DNA of 32,000 nucleotides from Mucisphaera calidilacus (GTDB lineage Bacteria > Planctomycetota > Phycisphaerae > Phycisphaerales > Phycisphaeraceae): the NCBI RefSeq assembly GCF_007748075.1, contig NZ_CP036280.1, positions 2,880,001 through 2,912,000 on the forward strand. Direction: 5' to 3'. Position 1 is the stretch's first letter; each line of letters begins with the position of its first letter. This document shows, in pieces, positions 9,005-17,715 of this stretch. A model generated the notes under the pieces. That model was not told where the DNA came from. It saw only the letters and a program-made list of their open reading frames with translations, and searched no databases. Position numbers and translations under genes: made by a program.

Positions 9005-9966
9005 CCCATCCGCCCCTGCCGCCGCTCGATCCCGACCTTGGCATCCAGCCGCTCCGACGCGGCAAGGTCCGCGACGTCTACCAGGTCCGCCTCAAAGACG
9101 GCCGACCCGCCATCATGCTCGTCGCCACCGACCGACTCTCCGCCTTCGACGTCGTCCTGCCCGACCCGATCCCCGGCCGGGGCATCATCCTCACCCAGAT
9201 CACCAGATTCTGGCTCCACAAGATCGAGGCGGAGCTCAAGCACGCCCCCGATCACCACCTGCTCTCCACCGACCCCAGCGACGTCGACGGACTCACCCCC
9301 GACGCCGTCGAACAACTCAAGGGCCGCGTCACCCTCGGACGCCCCTGCCACACCATCCCCATCGAGTGCGTCGCACGAGGCTACCTCGCCGGCTCCGGCT
9401 GGAAGAGCTACCAGCACGACCGGACCGTCTGTGGCGTCACCCTCCCCGCCGGCCTCCAGCTCGGCGACCAACTCCCGCAACCCATCTTCACCCCCGCCAC
9501 CAAGGCCGAATCCGGGCACGACGAGAACATCAGCTTCGATCAGGCCGCCAGCATCGTCGGCAGCGATCGCGCCGCATGGATGCGCGACACGACCCTCCGC
9601 ATCTACGAGCACGCCCGCGACCACGCCGCCGACCGCGGACTCCTCCTCGCCGACACCAAATTCGAGTTCGGCATCCCCCTCGACGACCACGGCCAGCCCA
9701 TCGACAACACCGCCCCGATCCTCATCGACGAGGTCGCCACACCCGACAGCTCCCGCTACTGGCCCGCCGACGGCCACCAACCCGGCCGCGAACCCGACAG
9801 CTTCGATAAACAGATCATCCGCAATGCCTTACAGGCTATCGTGGACCGTGGCGACTGGAACAAGACCCACCCCGGCCCCAGCCTGCCCGCCGAAATCCTC
9901 CAGCGGACCGCCGACCAGTACCGCGAGGTCTATCAGCGACTCACCGGCCAGCCCGCCCCCGCCTGA
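9001..9966 (+). CDS. purC: Phosphoribosylaminoimidazole-succinocarboxamide (SAICAR) synthase, long form
   Basis: Motifs GKVRDVY, LVATDRLSAFD, ECVARGYLAGSGWK, KAESGHDENI, LLLADTKFEFG and DEV.TPDSSRYW. The ATG overlaps the mtnA stop (ATGA). Confidence 0.95.
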   Translation: MTHPPLPPLDPDLGIQPLRRGKVRDVYQVRLKDGRPAIMLVATDRLSAFDVVLPDPIPGRGIILTQITRFWLHKIEAELKHAPDHHLLSTDPSDVDGLTPDAVEQLKGRVTLGRPCHTIPIECVARGYLAGSGWKSYQHDRTVCGVTLPAGLQLGDQLPQPIFTPATKAESGHDENISFDQAASIVGSDRAAWMRDTTLRIYEHARDHAADRGLLLADTKFEFGIPLDDHGQPIDNTAPILIDEVATPDSSRYWPADGHQPGREPDSFDKQIIRNALQAIVDRGDWNKTHPGPSLPAEILQRTADQYREVYQRLTGQPAPA

Positions 9967-10050
9967 GCCGCCATACACAACCCGATTGTGACAACCGCCA
10001 GGAACGGGTAAGATTCAGGGTTCGAGCGTTTGGCCACCCGCCACGCGACT

Positions 10051-10124
<74 letters not shown>

Positions 10125-10133
10125 TTCTGCGAC

Positions 10134-10227
10134 GCTTGCCGAGGCCATGCCTCGGCGAGCTATGCAGCATCGCCCTTCGTAGCCTTGCGTAGCGACAGCA
10201 ACGCAAGGCGGAGTAGGGCCGGCCTAC
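10134..10227. other. Cluster of three GC-rich hairpins immediately 3' of tRNA-Pro
   Basis: Three hairpins:
- 10134-10160, GCTTGCCGAGGC-CAT-GCCTCGGCGAGC (12 bp with one G:T).
- 10183-10208, CCTTGCGT-N10-ACGCAAGG.
- 10213-10227, GTAGGGCC/GGCCTAC.
None is followed by a T-tract. Confidence 0.5.
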
Positions 10228-10348
10228 AGCAAACAACACAACCCGCGTCATCCCGGGACCCACGAAGACCTCAACAAGAGGCCCAAGGTTCACGCCAGGG
10301 GCGCTGCGAAGCACAATCAAACCTCGCGTGATGATCCGAACCCAACAC

Positions 10349-10380
10349 AAAAAAGCCCCGCACGCCGAAGCGTGCAGGGC
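10349..10380 (-). terminator. Rho-independent terminator of the alkaline phosphatase gene
   Basis: On the minus strand the sequence reads GCCCTGCACGC-TTCG-GCGTGCGGGGC followed by TTTTTT. It begins 34 nt after the stop at 10414. Confidence 0.7.
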
Positions 10381-10413
10381 CTTGTGTGCATCACTCAGAA
10401 TCAAGTGTGGCGA

Positions 10414-11913
10414 TCACGCCGAGCGGCGACGAAGCACCGCCAGCGAGGCCAGGCCCAGCAGGCTCAGCGAAGCAGGCTCGGGAACGCCGGAACTCTGCAT
10501 CATCACCGAGAAAACATCGGTGTTGTCGACGTAGTCGCCGTTCCAGTCCCAGCCCTGACCCTCGGTCCAGAAAGCATCGGCCGTCGGATCGTTGCCGTCG
10601 ATCATCCCGTCAAACAGGTCGGCACCGGCACCCTTGGCCCACAGGGGAACCAAGGCGTTGGTGTGACCGCCCGAGACGTACTGCACGCCGGGCATCACGC
10701 CCACGCCGTTGTCGACAACGTTCTGCCACTCAGCGTTGACCTCGTCGTCAAGGTGGTTGCCCGTGTCCTTGTCGTCGATCACAGTGTTCGGGCCCCAGAT
10801 GCCGCCGCACTCGTGGTCAGACGTGACGATCAGGAGCGTCTCGTCCCAGCTGCTGTTCGCCTCGACCCAGTCCATCACGGCCTGCACCGCGTTGTCGAAG
10901 TCGACCTGCTCACGCATCATCAGCTCGACGTTGTTGGCGTGATTCTGCCAGTCGATCGCGCCGCCCTCGACCATCATGGCGAAGCCATCTTCGTCCTGCT
11001 CCAGAACGTTGAGCGCACCCTTGGTCATCTGCTCAAGCGTGGGAACATCGCGACCGTTGAGCGTGTCGCCGGTGAAGATGCCCGCGACCTTGTCAGCGAC
11101 CAGCGTGCCCGCCTCAAGCGCGGCCCAGGCAGCATCGGTGTCAACGACGGTGTAGCCACGATCGACAGCATCAGCCTTGAAGCCAGGCGTGCCGATGCCG
11201 TTGCCATGATCCTTGTAATCGATCGACCACGAGCCGTCGCCACGCTGATAAGCATCAACGTAAGCGTCGCCACCCATGATCACATCAAGATCGCTGTTGA
11301 CCATGTCAAAGGCGATGTCATCCTTGTTGTAGCGGTAGAACGAGTGGGCATCGACAGCAGCAGGCGTGGCGTGGTTGAACTGCACGCTGGAGACCGAACC
11401 GGTCGCCTTGCCGGCTTCCGCCGCATACTCGTAGAAGGTCTTGAGCTCTTCGCCCTCGACGCTGTAGCTGACCGCACTGTTGTAGGTCTTGGTGCCGGTG
11501 TAGAGGGCGGTCGCAGCCGCCGCCGAGTCGGTGAAGTAGTTGTAGTCGCCGCTGCTCGAACCGCGGTGGTAGTTGAAATCACTCCACATCTTGTCCTGGT
11601 CGTAGCCCTGGGGCACGGCGGTCCAGTTCTTGTTCGCCGCGTCCGTGCCGTTGGCCTCACCGTTCGAGAGCAGGATGCGGCCCTCGTCGTTGTCGTAGAC
11701 GTTGTTCATGAACGTCGTGCAACCATAGAAGTTGAACGAACCATCGTCGTAAGGGAGATCGCCCTGGTAGTAGCGAGCGGCTTCCCAGCCGTTGAACCCG
11801 ATGCCGTCGCTGACCATCAGGATCACGTTCTTGGCCTGCGACGCTTCGACCTGCGCAGCACCCGCCAACAACAGCGCCGCAACACAGACCTTCGTAGAAA
11901 ACTGAGACATCAT
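10414..11913 (-). CDS. Alkaline phosphatase (PhoA family) with signal peptide and C-terminal PEP-CTERM sorting signal
   Basis: Signal peptide MMSQFSTKVCVAALLLAGAAQVEA. Catalytic motifs ILMVSDG, FTDSAAAATALYTG (Ser nucleophile), LIVTSDHECGG and SGGHTNALVP. The C-terminus VPEPASLSLLGLASLAVLRRRSA gives PEP, a TM helix and a basic tail. AAAGGAG lies upstream of the start. Confidence 0.9.
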   Translation of the reverse strand: MMSQFSTKVCVAALLLAGAAQVEASQAKNVILMVSDGIGFNGWEAARYYQGDLPYDDGSFNFYGCTTFMNNVYDNDEGRILLSNGEANGTDAANKNWTAVPQGYDQDKMWSDFNYHRGSSSGDYNYFTDSAAAATALYTGTKTYNSAVSYSVEGEELKTFYEYAAEAGKATGSVSSVQFNHATPAAVDAHSFYRYNKDDIAFDMVNSDLDVIMGGDAYVDAYQRGDGSWSIDYKDHGNGIGTPGFKADAVDRGYTVVDTDAAWAALEAGTLVADKVAGIFTGDTLNGRDVPTLEQMTKGALNVLEQDEDGFAMMVEGGAIDWQNHANNVELMMREQVDFDNAVQAVMDWVEANSSWDETLLIVTSDHECGGIWGPNTVIDDKDTGNHLDDEVNAEWQNVVDNGVGVMPGVQYVSGGHTNALVPLWAKGAGADLFDGMIDGNDPTADAFWTEGQGWDWNGDYVDNTDVFSVMMQSSGVPEPASLSLLGLASLAVLRRRSA

Positions 11914-12309
11914 GCTTCTCCTTTAATGAGAAATAGGGGTGAACAGACACGCATAAAACGGGAGCAAACCGATAGCGCGAGCGACTAAGCCAATCGCCTG
12001 AACAAACAGACACGACGCCGCGTCCGTATCGGGTTCTGTGGATCCCGGCCCGCTCGCGCAGGTCTCATCCAACGGTGATGCGTGAAAAGATAAGAAGGTC
12101 GTATTAGCGACAGATTACGATTCGGAAAATCTCCGGTGAATCCGCACCGTAAATGTCAGAAATGAAATTGATTTATACAAGGCAGAATGCTTGCTACTCA
12201 GAAACCCCTAGGGGTTACTCCTCGTCTCGCCTATTGATGCGCACGCCATACTGACGTATGACGCAACGCCCCCAAGCTCACGAGCCGCGCTCACCAACCT
12301 CCCCCGGCG

Positions 12310-15300
12310 TCAATCCGCACGCGTGACCGCATCGGGCATCCGCGACAAGGCCTCGGTCACCGCCTGCGTGATCCGGTCGCCGCGAAGACCCTTCACAAGC
12401 ACCCTGCCGTCCGGGCCAATCAACCAGATGGAAGGAATGCCGCGCACGCCATAATCCTCCGGCAGGGTCGCAGCATTCCACGCACCCAGGAATCCCTGAT
12501 GCCACCCCAGCGACTGCTTCTGAGCATACGCCGCCGGTGCCTTCGGCTGATCATCAAGCGACAGCCCGATCATCGTAAAGTTCGGGTCGCTCCCGTGTCG
12601 CTCCCAGACCGCCTTGAGATTCGGCGTCTCATCCAGACACGGGCCGCACCACGTCGCCCAGAAATCAATCAGCACGACCTTCCCGCGATGATCCGAGAGC
12701 GTAAACGACGCCTCACCCGCCAGCGGGTCCTCCGCCTCCGGATCCATCAGCGGCACCGTGAAATCGTGCGCGACATCACCCTCCTGCAGTGAGGGCTGAA
12801 TCAGATCAACACGCATGAGACCCAGCTCCAGCGGCTCCGGCACATACGTCACACCCTCATTAAACGCCGGGACCGTCACACGCTGCGTGAACTTCGCCGT
12901 CGGCTCGCCGAAACCACACACATCGCCCTCCGGCGGCTCATGAGCCTTGAATTCAAGCTCGTACGTACCCGACTCGACGTTATGAATCACAAAGCTCCCG
13001 TCAGACTCCACCCTGAACACGTGATGCCTCGACGCCGAGCGCATCTCCATCTGGAGCTCACGAGTCCGCTCCTGCAGTGCAGTCCCCTCCTCCGTGGCGA
13101 AGAACGCCGACCGCTCCTCCTGTGTCCAGTCTTCATAACCCTCAGGCATCATCTCAGAAATCACCGCCTTCATAGGCTCCGGGTCAACCCACGTCGACAA
13201 ACGCGCCTGAACACTGGCAAACGGCGCCCGCGGCACCGAATCCCCCGGCCAGACAAAGGTGCCCCGCAGATTCCTTCCAGAGCCGCCAATCAGCACCTCG
13301 ATCGTCTCGCCCGGTTCCGGTTCGAAATTCTGGTTCAGCGTCGATGTCCAGGCGTTGTCAGACAGCGTCACCCGACGCCCAACTTGAATCGACGCCGGCG
13401 GAACACGATCGGCCAGGAAGTACCCCGCCTCATCGGCTTTCACCTTGTACTGATGCTGCGGCCCCGGGTCCTGCGCAACGTTCGGCACCATCGGCGGCTG
13501 AACCACACTGATCATCACACTCTCACCATCCCGAGGCGAATCACCTACGAGAACACGACCCTTCACTCGCGCCCACGGACGCAGCCGCAACACCTCCCCC
13601 ACCTCCGGCAAGTCCTCCGCGAGCACGTGCAGGTACCCCGCTTCCTCAGCGACGACCAGGGCAAACGGCTGAGCCTGCGGCGGGAAACTAAACCAACCCG
13701 CGTCATCCGTCTCAGCGTAGGGACGCTCGCTGTGACTCACCCGACCGTTCCTCAAATAAGGCTGGTAAGGCATCGTTGTCAGGTAAACACGCATGCCCGC
13801 TTCCGCGACGCCCTGAGCATCTGCCAACCTGTACCGGACGTCAGGCGCCGGCGACAACGCGAACGCAAGCGACACTCGGCCATGCTTCTCCTCGATCGCC
13901 CGGGAGATCACACCCCCATACCCAGGCGACTCGATCATCACAAAGCGAAACGGGTAGGGATAGCCGAATACCAGCTCCGCCTCGCCCCGCTCGTCATCAA
14001 CGTCCGTGACCGAATGGTGTTCCCAATGAATCGACTGTGCAGGGTGATCCTGAAACTTCAGCCCGGGAATCGCCCGATACGTCCGCACCGGCTCGCCCGT
14101 CTCCGCATCCGTGACCCGCACCTCGATCGTCAGCGGCGCCTTGAACACCACCCTGTGAGGGGGGCCCTCGGGGTTCGGCGAAAGACGCAGCCCTCGCACG
14201 TCTCCAACATCCTCCGCAAAGAAGTCAAAGGCCACTTCATCATGCGGCCCGTAATAGACCGCCACCCCGTCCTCGCCCGTCTCCAGACGCTCCGGAATCG
14301 TTCTGAATCCCCGCCACTCATCCGGGGAGATGTAGGCCCTGATCGGTTCGCCCTCCTCGTTCACCGTCTGTATCCGAAACACCGCCGCCGGCTTGAGCGT
14401 GAAATCCAGAGGTTCAGCACCCGGCTCCACCCCTACCTGAACCAGCTCCGGCGCATGACCCTCCGACGAGACTGTAAAGACCGTCAACCCCTCGGGCAGA
14501 TTGTCAAAGCGATAACGGCCCGAATCATCCGTCACCGTCGAAGGCGGGCTGTTGCTAGCAAAGCGATCCGAACCGGTCGCCACCAGCGCACCACCAATGG
14601 GCCTCCCCGCCTCGTCACGCACCACACCGGCCTGAGCAACACCACGCTTGAGAACAGAGACAGCCGTCCCATCCAGAAGCTGCTCCAGCGTCGCCGCACC
14701 GCTGTACTGACCACCCCACTGATCCACGAGATAGCGACCGTCCTTCCACGCGATCAACACCTTCTCCTCGCCCAGCACTGGCAACGGCTCGCTCTGCCAA
14801 TGACCCGATGCGTCCGACAACACACGCTTGCTCATCTGGAATCGCGGCCACCCCACCCGCCGATCCGTACTCGCATCAACATGCAACCACACCTCCCCCA
14901 TAGCCCCCGCCACCGGCATCCCGGACTCGTCCTCCACACGCCCCGACAAACGCTGCACACGCAACAAACGCGCGGTCAAAACCCGGTCGTCGCCCACCTC
15001 GCGCAGATCCCTGAAGATGACCGACGCACGCCCCTCCCGCTCAAGCTCCACCATCGAACGCGTGGCGACCAACTCAGAACGAGCCGGATAAACAACCGCC
15101 ATACCCTCCGCATCCGTGGTCGCAGTAACCGCGTAATCCTTCAGATGACCGTCCAGCACCACCCGCGCCCCCGCGACAGGCCGCCCTTTTTCATCCACCG
15201 CCTTCACACGCACGGGCCTGGACTCAACCTCCTGACGCTCGCCCTCCCCGAACGGACCGTCCGCCAGAAAACGCAGATCAAAAACCTCAAAGTCGCTAGG

Positions 15301-15795
15301 CGTCTCTGCATCACCATCCGCATGGATACGCAGATCCAGATAGACCAACGCCTCGGCCGACGCGTCATGCCGCTCAAGAATCTCGCGTAGATCGACACGA
15401 ACCGTCTGCCTACGACCATCACTGACAATGTCCTTGTACGACACCGTGGTCATGTTGTCCGGCTGACCACCCCAAAAGGCCAGCAAGGGCAACTCGGGCC
15501 GACGCATATCCAGTCCCCGCGCCCGATAGGTCATCGACAAGACGGGTGTCCGCTCGGGATCGATCATCAGCAGACCCGCAAAGTTACGCGTCACGGCGTG
15601 CGCCGGCTGATGCACCGTAATCCGGTAACTCTCCGCCAGCGTCTCCACCTCGTACTGATCGGTCTCCGGCTCGCCACCCGTGCCATACGTCCACGGGCTG
15701 GTGACGTCCAGCACCAGATCCTGACCCGTAACAGCGACCGCCGTCCACACCAGAACCAAAAAGCCCGCCAGAACCGCCCTCAGAAAAACACGCAT
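12310..15795 (-). CDS. Large secreted multi-domain protein: N-terminal unknown domain, several carboxypeptidase-regulatory-like (Ig/prealbumin-fold) repeats, C-terminal TlpA/ResA-like thioredoxin
   Basis: Signal/anchor MRVFLRAVLAGFLVLVWTAVAVTG. Recurrent segments of the type G.V.DE.G.PV.GA.V (VKAVDEKGRPVAGARVVL, GRVEDESGMPVAGAMGEV, GVVRDEAGRPIGGALVA). C-terminal region GKVVLIDFWATWCGPCLDETPNL...FTMIGLSLDD...GIPSIWLIGPDGRV, with WCGPC at 12637-12651. Confidence 0.85.
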   Translation of the reverse strand: MRVFLRAVLAGFLVLVWTAVAVTGQDLVLDVTSPWTYGTGGEPETDQYEVETLAESYRITVHQPAHAVTRNFAGLLMIDPERTPVLSMTYRARGLDMRRPELPLLAFWGGQPDNMTTVSYKDIVSDGRRQTVRVDLREILERHDASAEALVYLDLRIHADGDAETPSDFEVFDLRFLADGPFGEGERQEVESRPVRVKAVDEKGRPVAGARVVLDGHLKDYAVTATTDAEGMAVVYPARSELVATRSMVELEREGRASVIFRDLREVGDDRVLTARLLRVQRLSGRVEDESGMPVAGAMGEVWLHVDASTDRRVGWPRFQMSKRVLSDASGHWQSEPLPVLGEEKVLIAWKDGRYLVDQWGGQYSGAATLEQLLDGTAVSVLKRGVAQAGVVRDEAGRPIGGALVATGSDRFASNSPPSTVTDDSGRYRFDNLPEGLTVFTVSSEGHAPELVQVGVEPGAEPLDFTLKPAAVFRIQTVNEEGEPIRAYISPDEWRGFRTIPERLETGEDGVAVYYGPHDEVAFDFFAEDVGDVRGLRLSPNPEGPPHRVVFKAPLTIEVRVTDAETGEPVRTYRAIPGLKFQDHPAQSIHWEHHSVTDVDDERGEAELVFGYPYPFRFVMIESPGYGGVISRAIEEKHGRVSLAFALSPAPDVRYRLADAQGVAEAGMRVYLTTMPYQPYLRNGRVSHSERPYAETDDAGWFSFPPQAQPFALVVAEEAGYLHVLAEDLPEVGEVLRLRPWARVKGRVLVGDSPRDGESVMISVVQPPMVPNVAQDPGPQHQYKVKADEAGYFLADRVPPASIQVGRRVTLSDNAWTSTLNQNFEPEPGETIEVLIGGSGRNLRGTFVWPGDSVPRAPFASVQARLSTWVDPEPMKAVISEMMPEGYEDWTQEERSAFFATEEGTALQERTRELQMEMRSASRHHVFRVESDGSFVIHNVESGTYELEFKAHEPPEGDVCGFGEPTAKFTQRVTVPAFNEGVTYVPEPLELGLMRVDLIQPSLQEGDVAHDFTVPLMDPEAEDPLAGEASFTLSDHRGKVVLIDFWATWCGPCLDETPNLKAVWERHGSDPNFTMIGLSLDDQPKAPAAYAQKQSLGWHQGFLGAWNAATLPEDYGVRGIPSIWLIGPDGRVLVKGLRGDRITQAVTEALSRMPDAVTRAD

Positions 15796-15894
15796 GACTT
15801 ACCCCTTTACAAGGAATCTCGACATCCATCACGACCATCAAGGAATGTCACCTTGAGCATAACCAGACTCGATCATGGTTCCAAGGGAAATCCC

Positions 15895-17505
15895 TCACCG
15901 AATCACACGCCGCAACCTCAACGCCTTCATCCGCGACGACAGCGTGCTCGGCCGCATCCCCAGCAGCGCAGCAGCACCACCCGCACCCGACACGCGACCG
16001 CCCGATACCTCCAGCGCGCGCACGATATTCTCACGCTCGCGCTCACGCATCTCCGCCGCAGTCAGCACCCGCTCCGGCTCCGACTCCTCCGCCGCCTCCG
16101 TTGCACGCTCGTCCGCTGCCGGCAACGCAACAACGAGCGACCGCCCCGTCGACGTGATCACCCCGCGCTCGATCACGTTCTGCAACTCACGCACATTCCC
16201 CGGCCAGCCATACCGAAGCAGCTCCTCCACCGTCGCCTTGGTCAGACGCAGCATCGGACGGTTCAGCCGCTGACAGGTCGCCTCCAGGAAACAATGCGCC
16301 AACTCCGGGATGTCCTCCCGACGCTGACGAAGCGGAGCCACCTCGATCGGAAACACATTCAACCGGTAATAAAGATCCTCCCGAAAACGGCCCGCGTCCA
16401 CCTCCGCACGCAGGTCCCGATTGGTCGCAGCCACCACCCGCACATCACTCTCACGCGTCCGCGCCTCGCCCACCCGCTCGAACGTCCCCTCCTGCAACAC
16501 CCGCAGCAGCTTGCTCTGCAACTCGATCGGGATCTCCCCGACCTCGTCCAGAAACAGGGTCCCCCCGTCCGCCGCCTCGAACCGTCCCGCACGATCCCGC
16601 ACCGCGCCGCTGAAAGCCCCCTCCACGTGCCCGAAGAACTCGCTCTCATACAGATCACGCGGGATCGCGGCACAGTTCACCTTGATCATCGGGCCGTCAC
16701 GACGACCGCTCCGCCGATGGATCTCACGCGCGACTAACTCCTTGCCCGTCCCCGACTCTCCCGTGATCAACACACTCGCGCCCGTGTCCGCCACCACCTC
16801 GATCTGACGCGTCGTGTTCCGCAGCGCCGCGCTCGACCCCACCATCTCCCCGAACGCCCCCTCGCTCGCCACCTCCTCACGCAGGTACGCGTTCTCGATC
16901 TCCAGGCGCCGCTTGAGACGATCAATCTCCGCGAACGCACGCGCGTTCACGATCGCCGCCGCCACGTGGTCCGCCAGCATCCGGTACCAGATCAACTCAT
17001 CGACCTCGACCACGCTGCGCATGAACACCGCGAACACCCCGATCACCTCGCCCCGGAACACCAGCGGCTGCGCCGCCAGCCCGCGGATCGACTCTCGCTC
17101 CGCCCACGCCGGGTCCGCAACCCACTTCATCTCCTGGCTCGTGTCCCACACCACCACCGCGTCGCCCGTCGCCGCGACATGCCCGATCTTCCGAACGCCC
17201 AGCGGAAAACGCATGAACCGACCATCCAGACGATCCCACACGTCCGACCGGTCCACCTCCGAACGCCCAGCACTCGCCACCAGGTGCAGGCAACGCGACT
17301 GATCCGGGCACTCCTCACGCAGCCGGCACGTCGCACACACATCACCCCGGTCAATCAGCCACACACGGCACAACGCCACGTGCTCCATCGCCGCCACACG
17401 CCGAACGATCAGCGACAGCAGACCCTCCAGCGAACGCTCCGCCGCCACGTCCAGCAGCAACGCCTTCAACTCCGGCGAATTCTCAGGGGCACGACGCGTC
17501 GGCAT
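15895..17505 (-). CDS. Sigma-54-dependent transcriptional activator (GAF sensor + AAA+ + Fis-type HTH)
   Basis: N-terminal GAF-like domain. AAA+ motifs [15 protein letters not shown] (Walker A), [15 protein letters not shown] (GAFTGA-type loop), [12 protein letters not shown] (Walker B) and [15 protein letters not shown]-terminal [22 protein letters not shown]. Confidence 0.92.
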   Translation of the reverse strand: MPTRRAPENSPELKALLLDVAAERSLEGLLSLIVRRVAAMEHVALCRVWLIDRGDVCATCRLREECPDQSRCLHLVASAGRSEVDRSDVWDRLDGRFMRFPLGVRKIGHVAATGDAVVVWDTSQEMKWVADPAWAERESIRGLAAQPLVFRGEVIGVFAVFMRSVVEVDELIWYRMLADHVAAAIVNARAFAEIDRLKRRLEIENAYLREEVASEGAFGEMVGSSAALRNTTRQIEVVADTGASVLITGESGTGKELVAREIHRRSGRRDGPMIKVNCAAIPRDLYESEFFGHVEGAFSGAVRDRAGRFEAADGGTLFLDEVGEIPIELQSKLLRVLQEGTFERVGEARTRESDVRVVAATNRDLRAEVDAGRFREDLYYRLNVFPIEVAPLRQRREDIPELAHCFLEATCQRLNRPMLRLTKATVEELLRYGWPGNVRELQNVIERGVITSTGRSLVVALPAADERATEAAEESEPERVLTAAEMRERERENIVRALEVSGGRVSGAGGAAALLGMRPSTLSSRMKALRLRRVIR

Positions 17506-17520
17506 CCCACAAGCTTACGA

Positions 17521-17575
17521 GATTTCGTAATTAACATCTATTGTTTTCGTTATTTAACGATTTTTCGCGATTACT
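17521..17575. promoter_or_regulatory. Candidate upstream activator sites: three TTTCG-NN-AT(T)TA(A)C repeats in an AT-rich tract
   Basis: ATTTCGTAATTAAC (17522-), TTTTCGTTATTTAAC (17544-) and TTTTCGCGATTAC (17562-). The first two also form an imperfect inverted repeat (TCGTAATTAAC / GTTATTTAACGA). They lie 60-115 bp upstream of the -24 element. Confidence 0.4.
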
Positions 17576-17636
17576 GATCCAGGCATTGAATATCGTATAT
17601 ATCTGTATTAATTGATTTTATAAATACCTATTCTTC

Positions 17637-17652
17637 TGGCACGCCGCGTGCA
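17637..17652 (+). promoter_or_regulatory. Sigma-54 (-24/-12) promoter
   Basis: TGGCACGCCGCGTGCA compared with the consensus TGGCACG-N4-TTGCW. The GG (17638-39) and GC (17650-51) have the canonical 12-nt register. The element is ~64 nt upstream of the ATG at 17716 and is divergent from the sigma-54 activator gene. Confidence 0.75.
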
Positions 17653-17715
17653 TAACGGTTCCTTCGACAGGCCAGATTGTCCGGCCTGAATCACACCCCA
17701 CCAAGGAGCCACAAC

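Noticed and set aside
11914-12100. Looked for an enterobacterial-type Pho box (CTGTCAT-N4-CTGTCAT) upstream of the alkaline phosphatase gene, and also upstream of btaA (30412-30603).
   Set aside because: No convincing match. Only the unrelated AACAGACACG repeat and a short CTGTT/AACAG dyad are present, and both are reported separately at low interest.
12153-12254. 33-codon ORF (MSEMKLIYTRQNACYSETPRGYSSSRLLMRTPY) in the AT-rich intergenic island.
   Set aside because: It has no Shine-Dalgarno sequence and its codon usage is unlike any gene in the window. It spans the 14-bp palindrome. It is most likely a chance ORF in a regulatory region.
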